A DNA stretch of 45,140 bases, from the NCBI RefSeq assembly GCF_000372725.1, contig NW_005201298.1, positions 74,093 to 119,232 of the forward strand, read 5' to 3'. Origin of the DNA: Emiliania huxleyi CCMP1516. Lineage: Eukaryota. Below are positions 31,851 through 43,399 of the stretch, piece after piece (positions within the stretch are counted from its first letter, which is position 1; each line of letters begins with the position of its first letter). Below the pieces are notes generated by a model that did no database searches, had not been told where the DNA came from, and worked only from the letters and a program-made list of their open reading frames with translations. Made by a program: the position numbers and the translations under genes.

Positions 31851-32548
31851 GTAGTGGAGATTGGGGCCGTGCGTGTACAGCTCGCGCGAGCGGAAAGCCT
31901 TCGCGAAAGGAAAAAGAATTATCCGTGAATCACCTAGTGGGCCATAGTGGGCCACTGCCACCATTCTTTTTCTGCTCATAACAAATTGCCCTGCCCAACA
32001 TATTTTAGTTACTGGGTCCTAATGGCTATGTGGGAGAAGTTTGGTCTTTGTTTCATGGGGGGATCTGGATATATTCACGGCTAAAGTTGGTGCCGGCACG
32101 GCTCCCCTAGCCGGTCTCTCGGGGCAGGCCGGGAAGAGCCTCCAGGCCTTCTGTGGAGCTTAGGTAGGGTCCCCAGCCAGCCTCAGCTGCAAGGCAGTCT
32201 CCAGGGGCCATGTAGCATGCCTGACATGACAGTGCAACCCACCCGGACACGGGTAGCGCACCAGAGAGGGCCTGTCCTCGTCGTCGAAGCCGGCGGCGGC
32301 GCGTGGCGCGAAGCGGAAGTCATCGGCACCGCCGAATCCGGAGCCTAAGAAGGGGAGGAAGAAGTGAGCGAGGAGTGCAGTCTGTGTTTTGCAAGAATGG
32401 TGACACGCGTAGACACAAGTACTAGTACGACCTGAGTACGCTCCAGGCTCCAGCCACACAGCCAGGCCAGTGCTTTGCAATGCCGCACACGCCAAAAGTG
32501 AAAACGAGCAGTGCTACGTGCGGAGTGTGGGATTACTCACGACTGGGC

Positions 32549-33000
32549 GTGTCGCGACCGCCGCCGCGAGGCTCGTGGCGATGGAGGCGCCGGCGCCAGC
32601 ATGCGCCGCCTCCCTCAACGCCCGAAACTCGGTCACAGCCGGGGGAGCGACAGCGGCAGAGATGCGGGCCGCTGGCGACCTCACACGGCGCCAAGCGCCG
32701 TAGAGGTAGCCCCGAGAGACGCAGCTGGGTGTGTCGCGACCGCCGCCGCGAGGCTCGTGGCGATGGAGGCGCCGGCGCCAGCATGCGTCGCCTCCCTCAA
32801 CGCCCGAAACTCGGTCACAGCCAGCGGAGCGACGGCGGCAGAGATGCGGGCCGCCGGCGACCTCACACGGCGTCGCACGCCGTAGAAATGACCCCGAGAG
32901 ACGCCGCAAGGTGCGTCGCGACCGCCGCCGCGAGGCTCGTGGCGATGGAGGCGCCAGCGGCAGCATGCGCCGCCTCCCTCAACGCGCGACACTCGGTCGA
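32549..33000. repeat. ~182-bp tandem repeat, about 2.5 units
   Basis: GTCGCGACCGCCGCCGCGAGGCTCGTGGCGATGGAGGCGCC recurs at ~32551, ~32733 and ~32915. Confidence 0.9.
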
Positions 33001-33847
33001 GGCTGGCTCGAACTGCTCGAGGCCAGCTGCCTGACTTGTATTGACAGCGAGTGTGTCGCCACTCGCTCCTGATCACACGTTGAGGGGGGCGTGGACATGT
33101 TAGCCCTCGGCAGCTGCGATGCGCACACACCTGTCGCACGGATCCAGCGGTGGTGGCGATATGCTGCTCGGCGAGCCAAAGAGAGCGTGCCACCGAGAGC
33201 GTGCCACCGAGAGCGTGCCACCTAGAGCGGAGTGCGCCGCCCTCCGCAGCGGGAGTCGGTTGCGGGTGGTGCAGCGGCGCCGTGATAGAACAACAGGCGC
33301 CGGCTCGGCACGCTGAGTGCACACGCGACGCGTCGCGCGTGCACGCACTGCTCGTGCAGCGCCAAACAGCGTCCGCCAGCGCAGAGAAAGGAGCCCGTGC
33401 CGACTCGTGCACGCCTGCGACAGCTCGAGCGGCTCAGCGCGAGTGCTGGCTCACATCCGGTCGGCTCACAGTGCTTGGGCAGCCAGGCTCACCGTCGGCG
33501 AGAGCAGCTGCGAGCGACACCACGTCGAGCCAAGGCGACGCTTTCTTCCGTGGCCGCCGCGGCTCGTTTCCGCCACGCGGTGGGGTGCGGCGGAGGCCGA
33601 GGCGTGCGCCAGCCGCGCTCGAGACCAGCAGGCGGCCTGGGAGGGCGCTCACACGCCGCGACGACCTCGGCGAAGCGAGGCGTCGCGCCAGGTCATTCAC
33701 GGTTATGCATAGACTAGTGTGGGACCTGCGGCGGTACCCGTCTCTGTTGTTCGGGCAGTGAGAGACGCAGGATCTGCACGCCAAAGTGGGCCACTCATTT
33801 GCATTTTGGTTTTGGGTTGTCGGAGATCATCCATCAGCACTCATGTC

Positions 33848-34040
33848 TCATCAGTCAGTCACGTCAGTCAAAGCAGTTCGTGGCACTCATCAGTCAGTCA
33901 CGTCAGTCAAAGCAGTTCGTGGCACTCATCAGTCAGTCACGTCAGTCAAAGCAGTTCGTGGCACTCATCAGTCAGTCACGTCAGTCAAAGCAGCCGTGGC
34001 ACTCATCAGTCAGTCACGTCAGTCAAAGCAGTCGTGGCAC
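33848..34040. repeat. 39-bp tandem repeat, about 5 units
   Basis: CTCATCAGTCAGTCACGTCAGTCAAAGCAGTTCGTGGCA is repeated. Confidence 0.92.
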
Positions 34041-35282
34041 GTGGAGCAGTCGCTGCATGCAACGGCGCCGCCACACGCTCCGGACGACCCCGACAACCGA
34101 CACACCACGCACAATGGGAGGCTATCGCGCACGATCGGGCATCGCGCCGCAAACAACTCGCCGCACAGATGGGGGGGGAGGCAGAATCCCACACACACCG
34201 GAGCAGCACAGACACCTTACACGTCAGCGCTCGCTCGATGTGGCCGGCGCTCTCCCCTCGGTCCTATCTCGCCTTTTCAACGGCGGCGTGCGGCCACGCG
34301 CCGCGCCGAGCCGGTCTCGGCGGGAGACCTCGGAGCCGCACGCGATGCGGGCATGCGCGATGGCTCCGTTGGCTCCGTGCCTAAGGCAGATCGATTAGGG
34401 TGTGAGCTGCGGCAGCCACCGTTTCTGTACCCGCTCGATCACGTGCAGGCCGTCGGAGGCCGCGCTGGATGGCCCAGGGCCGGCGGCGGTGAAGGCGTCC
34501 GTCGATGAAGGGATGTCGTCGAGGGAGCCATCGTCCTACGCGGACGGTGCACCGGTCCAGTTGTCGGAGTCCGAGATCGCAGTCGCCCGTTGAAGAACTC
34601 ACGGAATGTGAGCGACTTGGTGCACGCTGGGTCGAGCATCATGACTCGCACCTCATCCTGGGCGAGGAACTCGCCCAGGGACCAGCTGTTGGCGTCGCCG
34701 TTTTGATCGAGCTGCATCCACTGCATGGTTTCGTAGTCAAGCGTAAACGCCCAGGAGTTGGTGCCTGGGTGACTTGCTGATGAGAGCGCCTTCCAGGCGG
34801 GTAGTCGTGCCCCTCACCTACGGTCATACGGCGGCGTCAGAGGGGGGGAAGGGGCGCGAAGCGTGAACATGGAGGCAAGCAGGTTGGATTCTGCACCTGG
34901 CCAAAGCCGGCGACCTCGAAGTTGTCGTAGCTTGTGCGGATATCGCTGAGCGTGAGAGGGACCGGATCGGCAGCAGCATGGGCGGCCGCGTCAGCGGCCG
35001 GAGAGGCCGGAGAGCCATCCGACGGAGGCCGGTCGTGCATCGGCGCGTCAGCCGCAGGGGCCGGGGGGGCGGCGGCATCCATCGCTGCGGGTCGCTGCGG
35101 GCCGACGATTGTGGACTGATCGATCGTGGCGGGCGGATTTCGGCTGGGACGTTCTACGGTTAAACCAAGAGCGTCGGCGCCGACACGAGAGACTTATAAG
35201 GGTAGAAACGCGGCGGTATTCTTCTTTACCTCACTCCTGGAATCCTATCACGCGTTCCGAGAGCGGGGGCATCTGTGGGTAA

Positions 35283-35819
35283 ATGTTGCACTTACTGACC
35301 GCGGCCTCTTCGGCCTGGCTTCGGCCCGCCCTAGCCTCGGCCCGATGCGAGGGAGCGCTGTCGACGCACTGTCCACGGGCGGCACGCATGTCGTTGGCTA
35401 ACGGTTCTCCCTCCACCGACCCGAGCCTCGTGGCCCGAGCTGAGGCAGCAGCGGCAGCACAGATGGAGGCGGCTAGAGCTGCAGCTACCGACAGGCTGGT
35501 GTCTCTCAAACGCGAGGGTGCAGCCGCAAAGGCTGTCCGCGAGGAGGGGCGGGCGTTTCTCGCGGAGGCTCGGGCGGAGGTTGGAGTGATGGCTGAGGTG
35601 GAGGCTGAGGCGGCGGCGGCGGCGGCGGCAGAGGCAGAGGAGGTGGCGGCGGCGGCGGAGGCGGCGGCGGCGGCGGCGGAGGTGGAGGAGGTGGTGGTTG
35701 CGGCGGAGGCGGAGGCGGAGACGGAGGCGGAGGCGGAGGCGGCGGCGGCGGTGGCGGAGGAGGAGGCGGAGGAGGTGGTGGTGGCGGCGGCGGCGGAGGC
35801 GGAGGCGGAGGCGGCGGCC

Positions 35820-35856
<37 letters not shown>

Positions 35857-36828
35857 AGAAGGAGGAGGTGGTGGTTGCGGCGGAGACGGAGGCGGAGACG
35901 GAGGCGGAGGCGGAGGCGGCGGCGGCGGCGGCAGAGGAGGAGGCGGAGGAGGTGGTGGTGGTGGCGGCGGCGGAGGCGGAGGCGGCGGAGGAGGAGGCGG
36001 CGGACGCGGAGGAGGCTCGGGAGAAGGCGGCGGCGGCGGCTAGGGCGGCGGCGGCAGTGGCGGCGGCGGAGAAGGCGGTGGAGAATGCCTTGGTCGCGCA
36101 AGCGGTGGCGGCGGCGATGGTGGCGGAGGAGGGGCTTCAGCCTGAGGAGCCGCCTCAGGGCGCCGCCGCCTCTTTGACCGCCGCCTCGGTCGTAGCGCCC
36201 GCCGCACAGTCCCCCCTCGCGCCCCTCCTGCGAGAACAGCTCGCGCAGGCTCGCCCCGCTCCCCTGCGGAACCCCGATGGCCGAAGCGGCTCCTCCTCCC
36301 CACACGCCGGAGATCGCCCCCGCGCCAGCAGGCTGGGCTGCTAGACCCCTCTACCCTCTCCGACGCCGAGCGCCAGGAGGTCCTCGCCGCAGCGGCAGCC
36401 GGCACCCTGCTGCTGCTGCTGCTGCCAGTCTTTGATGCCGGCCTGGCGGGTGCCTGGGGCGCGGGCCCGCCGTCTGCCGCGTGGGGGTTGGGGCCGCTCA
36501 GGGGCTGCGCACGCCGCATAGGTGACCTCTCGCTCTCGGCGCTCTTCGGGGGCGGCGCCGCCTCCGTGGCCGCATTGCGCGAGGGGCCGGCCGGGCAGCG
36601 CTTGCGCGACGCTGCTCGCGGTGCACACCACATCTGCTGTTCGAGTAGGAGTGCTGGGGTGCTCGTCTCGCAGTTGGCGGCTCAGTTGCTCTCTCCGCCT
36701 CCGTTGCAGGCGCCGTCGACAAGGCGGTCGAGGTGGAGAAGCAGTATGAGCTCGGGAGCCAGGCGACGGCGAAGTACAAGGAGTGGGTTGCAAAGGCGAC
36801 CAAGGCCGTGGGTGAGCTGGTTCGGTGA
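35283..36828 (+). CDS. Ala/Glu-rich protein with an N-terminal targeting peptide and C-terminal TM segments (possibly plastid)
   Basis: N-terminus MLHLLTAASSAWLRP, then a long A/E tract. Later spliced exons encode AAAGTLLLLLLPVFD, LSALFGGGAAS and AVDKAVEVEKQYELG..., with stop TGA at 36826-36828. Junctions are approximate. Confidence 0.55.
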
Positions 36829-37935
36829 GGTGTTCGTCGGAACCAACGCCGGCTCCTTGAATCTCACTCTCATCTCCCCCGTCGACCCTCGTCCCCGAGG
36901 CACCTGATAGATACGCTGTCGCAGGAGCCTCTCGTCGGTGCCCGCTCACGTGCCGGCACCACGCCAGAGGTACCTTCTCGCATGACGCCCCGAGCCCAAT
37001 AGGAGGGCCAACTCTATCGGTGGCACCCCCTTTCATGTTAGCACTTTGTGGGGGAGTATTGGGCTCGGTTGGGCGCGTGTCGTGGATGTGTCCCACGACC
37101 CTTTTTTTTGGGCGTCTTTAAAATCCGTGTGTGAAGCTCACTGTGTGGTGGAGAGGAACACATCGAGTGGGGCTGAGGAAGCTCTTCGCTGGGTGGAAGG
37201 AGGCCCGGCCAGCCTTGAGGGAGTCGCGGAGGAGGAGGGATAACGCAGAAAAGCCGAAGCCCAAGGTCCGCGCTCCACAAACCCCCGAAACCCAAGGTCC
37301 GCTCCGCTCCGCGCTCTGCTGCGCCACTCACGGGGGTTAAATTTATTTGCGCCTGACGTCCGACGGCGCACTACTTGACGTCGGCCAATCTACTGAAGGC
37401 GCGCATCTTCCTCGCGCTGTTGCACATGACGAGCACTGAGTGACAGATAGACGCAGGTTGTGACGCGCTGTTTACGGTTTCCAGTATACATGGTTAAAGC
37501 GTCCATGCCATCCACTTTTACACACTTAAACCGACCAACCCCCCCAAAAGCCGTATGATATATAGAGAGAGCGGAAACGCCGCCCCTGTCTGATGCCGGG
37601 ACGACGAGCTGCTACACCCAGGAGAGCCGCCCTGCTCCTCCCTGGTTCTGCGGTCACACCACACACGCGCGCAAAAGTCGGGTGTCACTACTCAACTAGG
37701 CTTTAGCACGATAGCTCCTCTAAGCAACAATGGTCAAAACAATGGACATTGAATTCACAAAAACACACACCTGCCGAGGGCCCTCCACCTCCAGCCTCCC
37801 CAGCGCAGGAAACAAACGCAGCGAAATCAATAACTAGACAGTGGACATGCGAGAAACAGCTTCTTGATGGCATTAGACAGACAGAGAGCAAGAGTGAACC
37901 ACGGTAGAACTACCGCCGTCCAGAGCGGTGCCCGG

Positions 37936-38800
37936 CTAGAAGTTGGCGCGCTTGAGGATGATGTCAATGGCTTCCAAGGCGTTTGGCGTCTTCAATGCGT
38001 TGGCGACGTGTGTTGCATCGCAAGGGTAGTCTGGGGTGCAGTCGAACCAGATGGAGCCCGCGGCAGTTTTGCACTGCTTCAGAATCTTGACCGGGTCGAC
38101 ACTCTCTTCCGGGATGCCAGCTCCTGCAGCCACTATGGTCTGGATGACGTCAGTGCATGGATTAATGTGACGCATGTTGCAATTCGAGTAAGCGTCGCCG
38201 ACCGAGCGAAGGTTGGTCCAGCCCACGCCGACCGAGCGAAGGTTGGTCCAGCCCATGCTTGCCATGCTCCGGAACTTCTTCTCGCAGGTCTCATTGTCGA
38301 CTGCGTAAAGGAGGCTCTTGACATCCTTGAAGGCGCTGATGAAGCCCTGCTGCGAGAAGATCTGGTCGCAATCCTCATCGGTAGCGTACTCCGTGTCAAG
38401 GGCGACCGCATTGGTCATCTTGATCTTTGCCGACCAGTCGGATCGGGCGTTCCAGTACGGGGCGTTCCAATCCTTAACTGAATTTGACACTGCGAGCACG
38501 ACGACGGCCCAGCATGCTGGAGCGCCGTGATGTCCGACGTGGAAACCCCGATGTCAACAATCACGCCCTTGAGGCCCGTAGCCTTGATGGCAGCCCACGT
38601 CGCCTGGAGGTCATTCGGTTTCCCGCCCAGCCAGACGAGGCCAGAAGGAAGAAGGGAGTCCGAAGGGCTTGGCGGCGTTGGCGTGGCCGTGGCAGTAGCC
38701 GTTGTCCTGGCAGTACGTGCCCGAGCACTCGTCAGCGACTGGTGCGGCGAAGGCGAGGACAGCAAAAGATCCGGCGAGAACGAGCTTGGCGAGCATCATG
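37936..38800 (-). pseudogene. Secreted Cys-containing protein, apparently frameshifted
   Basis: Signal peptide MMLAKLVLAGSFAVLAFAA. Coding-like sequence passes through three overlapping frames (38611-38898, 38415-38765, 37936-38499) without evident introns. Confidence 0.4.
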
Positions 38801-39454
38801 GTTTCTGCGCCAAAGCGCAGTCGTGAGCTTGTTGGTGAATCACAGAAGTTATTAGTGCGAGCAAGGATGCAAATCCCTGGTGTGGCCGTTTTTTTCATCA
38901 GATTGACGTGCTATCTGGGGCGATCCAGATCCATCCAGCTATCTCGTTCTATCTCGTGCGATCTCGCGGCGATCTCGCATACGACGCATCTCGCATAAGA
39001 CTATTCCGCCGTATATCATGCACTCTCTTCAACCGCGGCCCGAGACAATCCCGTCGCAATCACTGTACTCCGAGTAGTCTTTGTATCGCGTTCAGACGCG
39101 TTCCACTTTAGCCGATCAACCGGCGCGCGCTCCTCGGCGCGGACGACTCGGACGGAGGCGCCCCCCGCCGCAGCAGGGGGGGGGGGGGGGGAGGGGGGCT
39201 ATCTGGCGCTATCTGGGTTCTGGCGCTATCTGGCTATCTCATTCTATCTCATTCTATCTCGTTCTATTTCGTGTCGATCTGACAAAGAAACCGGCCAGAC
39301 TAGGGCTATGCACGGCAAGGCTGGGTGAGCGGCTTGGTGACCGAGGTGCATCAAGACGAGCTACTCGAGCTAAAGATCCACATACTCGATCGAGTACACG
39401 TCACGGAACGGAAGGAGGGTTTGCGCACGTCGCGGTCGCAGCGTGTCTCACGAG

Positions 39455-41128
39455 TCACACGCTACACGTGCGGTGGGAGGGGGACCCAGTGTGGTCCAGA
39501 GTCCGCCGCGCGGTGCGTGCTGCGCGATAGGTCGTCGACGGTGAAGTCGACTCTCGCGCCAAGCACTCCGACTCTCGGGCCCCCCACTCCAACTCCGCTT
39601 CCAGCCGGTCGACGAGATCTCCAAAGTGCTGTCGCGGGAAGATGAGCCCGCGGCGCTCTGCAATCAGCTCGATGAGCTGCGGGCCGGCGAGCGGCGGCGA
39701 GGCCTGCTGCGGTACGTGCTGCGGCCCCTTTCCGCGCGAGAGGTGTCTGCCCGCGGCGACGCTCGGGTCGAGCGCGGCGATGACGGCGAGGCCATACAGG
39801 CCGAGCACGACGTCGACGAGGAGGGCCTTGTCCGCCTCGTGCGTAAAGTGGCCGTTGAACACGTTGACCGACTCCTCGATCCACCGCCGGCGGGACGAGA
39901 GCTGGGAGAGGGAGGAGTCAAAGACGTACATCTGCGCCGACCCGTTGATGGCCATGAACGCCCACTGCTCGAGTCGGCACCACCCGCGCTGCAAGTACGT
40001 GTCCGCGTCGACCTTGCAGGGCGGGCGCGAGTCCTGGTGGAGCGCCTCGGGAGCGCAGGCGAGGAAGTAGTGCGAGCAGGCGGCGTAGAGGGCGATCGAG
40101 CCGATCGCGAGCCGCTTGGTCGTCGTGTTCTCCTGTGGTACTGCGGCGGGGCGGCGAGGGCGAGAGGCGGNNNNNNNNNNNNNNNNNNNNNNNNNNNNNN
40201 NNNNNNNNNNNNNNNNNNNNNNNNNNNNNNNNNNNNNNNNNNNNNNNNNNNNNNNNNNNNNNNNNNNNNNNNNNNNNNNNNNNNNNNNNNNNNNNNNNNN
40301 NNNNNNNNNNNNNNNNNNNNNNNNNNNNNNNNNNNNNNNNNNNNNNNNNNNNNNNNNNNNNNNNNNNNNNNNNNNNNNNNNNNNNNNNNNNNNNNNNNNN
40401 NNNNNNNNNNNNNNNGGGGGGAGGGGGGCGGTAGCGCACTCGAGTGGTAGTCGAGCCAGATATGGAGCGACTCGGGGTCGAGGCCTTGCCTCGCGCAAAG
40501 CGCCTCGGCCGCCTCGAGGATGGCTGGGTAGTGCTGCGCCTTGGGGTCCGGGTGGTGGCGAGAGAGCCACTGGTGCGAGACAAACATGACGGGGAGGCCG
40601 GCTGCGAAAGCCACCGCCGACTCGACGGTGTCGCAGAAGCGGAGGGCACCAGCGTCGCGCGCCTTCGTCATGCACACGCCAGCATCAGGGTGGGAATGCG
40701 GTTTCGTGCGCGCATTCAAGCATCGTGTGATACAAATACAGCCGAATGCAGCCGAATACGGCCGAATGCAGCGGAGTGTGCGCCCTCTCGAGCGCTGGTT
40801 GGGAGACAAGAAGACGTGTTCCGCTTCTAGGACCGCGCGCCTCCTCGTACGAGACAAGGCGGCCCTGCTCGCGTAGCTTCGAGAGCGGCATCACCGCGAG
40901 CGGAAACTCGAGCGTCGTGACGCCCGTCACCGCCTGGCGGATGCGTCTGTCCTTCTCGGCGCTCTCTCGCTCAACCTAAGGTAAGGCAAGGCCAGGTCAA
41001 CTTCTCCGCACACACGAGGTGGTGGGGCAAGGGCCAAGCAGTCCCTCGCGGCCCCACGTCTAGAAGACAGGAGCCCCGGCATCAAAGTGCAAGGCCCGGT
41101 GCGCGTGGGTGAGCGGTGTGTGTGTGTG

Positions 41129-41186
<58 letters not shown>

Positions 41187-41274
41187 TGTGTGTGTGTGTG
41201 TGTGTGAGTGTGTGTGTGAGTGTGTGTGTGAGTGTGTGCGTGAGTGTGTGTGTGTGTGTGTGTGAGTGTGTGAG

Positions 41275-41338
<64 letters not shown>

Positions 41339-42270
41339 TGAGTGAGTGAGGGGGGGGGGTCGCGCTCGACCTCCGCGAGGCGCAGCAACCGACGGAGATA
41401 CACGCACCGCACGAAGGTCAGCAGGACGACAATGACACCGAGGGCGCAGACACTCGTGCCCGCGATCGCTGGCCACTGCTGCGGCACGCACCTGGGGAGA
41501 TGTGTCAGGAGATGTGGGGAGATATATCAGGAGATATGGGGAGATGTATCAGGAGATATGGGGAGATATGGGGAGATGTGGCCACTGCTGCGGCACGCAC
41601 CTCCCGTTGCCCGCGCTCGGCTTGTGGTACGCGAAACGGCAAGGCTGGCACTCGGCAGCCGGCAAGCGCCTGTCATGGGTAGGCGGGCCATCCTAGATAA
41701 CTCGATCACTGTTGACTTTGTGAGGGCGGCCGGCACGGCCGCACCACCCCTCTCACTGTACAAGGTGCGAGAGTGAGAGCGCCACGCAGAGAGGGTATCT
41801 CCGGACCTCACATAAGGCCTCCTCGAGCTGGCTAGAGGAGGTCGGTGGGAGGGAGAGGTGGAGAAAGAGGGACTTGGAGGTGTCCGTGTGTGTTTGCTTG
41901 CACGCGCCTCAGCGCTTCAAAGTCGACCTCGAAGCCGGACGCATCGTCCGCCCGGAAGGTCGGCTCGAGGTGCGCGCCGCAGCCGCACCCGCGACTTGGC
42001 AGCGGCACGAGCGGCGCCGGACACCGCGCGATGATCGTGCGCGTGTCAACGAGCGCGCCGTCGAGCAGCAGCAGGAGCGCGTGCGCGCCGACGAGCGGCG
42101 CGAGCACGGTTGCCTTGTACCGGCCGTCCGAGGCATAGACGACCGCCATGTCGTCGTGTGCACCGGAGGCGCTGTCGCGGACGAGGACGGTGAACGCCTG
42201 TGTTGCGTGTCCGACGGTCACTGTGCTATCGTGCGGCTTCGGGCCCGGGGCTGTGCTTTTGTGTGAACGC
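39455..42270 (-). CDS. Single-pass receptor-like protein: filamin/Ig-like segment, Cys repeat, TM helix and HET-like cytoplasmic domain (partial, gapped)
   Basis: In order: DGRYKATVLAPLVGAHALLLLLDG (filamin-like); ECQPCRFAYHKPSAGNGR|CVP (ephrin-receptor-like Cys repeat); VCALGVIVVLLTFV-RCVYLRR (TM plus stop-transfer); FVSHQW..HPDP..IWLDYHS..PQ..YLQRGWCRLEQW (HET-like). Confidence 0.7.
40663..40840 (-). mobile_element. Introner-like element, copy 4 (receptor-like gene intron); repeated at ~42371-42486
   Basis: - strand: CCTAGAAGCGGAACACG..TCCCAACCAGCGCTCGAGAGGG..CACTCCGCTGCATTCGGCCG; the 3' half is more diverged. Confidence 0.65.
41116..41348. repeat. (GT)n/(CA)n microsatellite in intron 40976-41370; second copy at 42761-42880
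   Basis: Directly visible. Confidence 0.97.
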
Positions 42271-42370
42271 NNNNNNNNNNNNNNNNNNNNNNNNNNNNNN
42301 NNNNNNNNNNNNNNNNNNNNNNNNNNNNNNNNNNNNNNNNNNNNNNNNNNNNNNNNNNNNNNNNNNNNNN

Positions 42371-43399
<1,029 letters not shown>

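Noticed and set aside
34381..35082. Minus-strand gene
   Set aside because: Coding-like fragments in several frames, but no consistent spliced model or domain could be built.
35331..36305. Poly-Arg ORFs (35331-36305 -, 35698-36177 +)
   Set aside because: Shadow frames of the GCG/GAG-rich Ala/Glu coding tract.
40927..41491. His-Thr repeat proteins
   Set aside because: Translation of an intronic (CA)n microsatellite.
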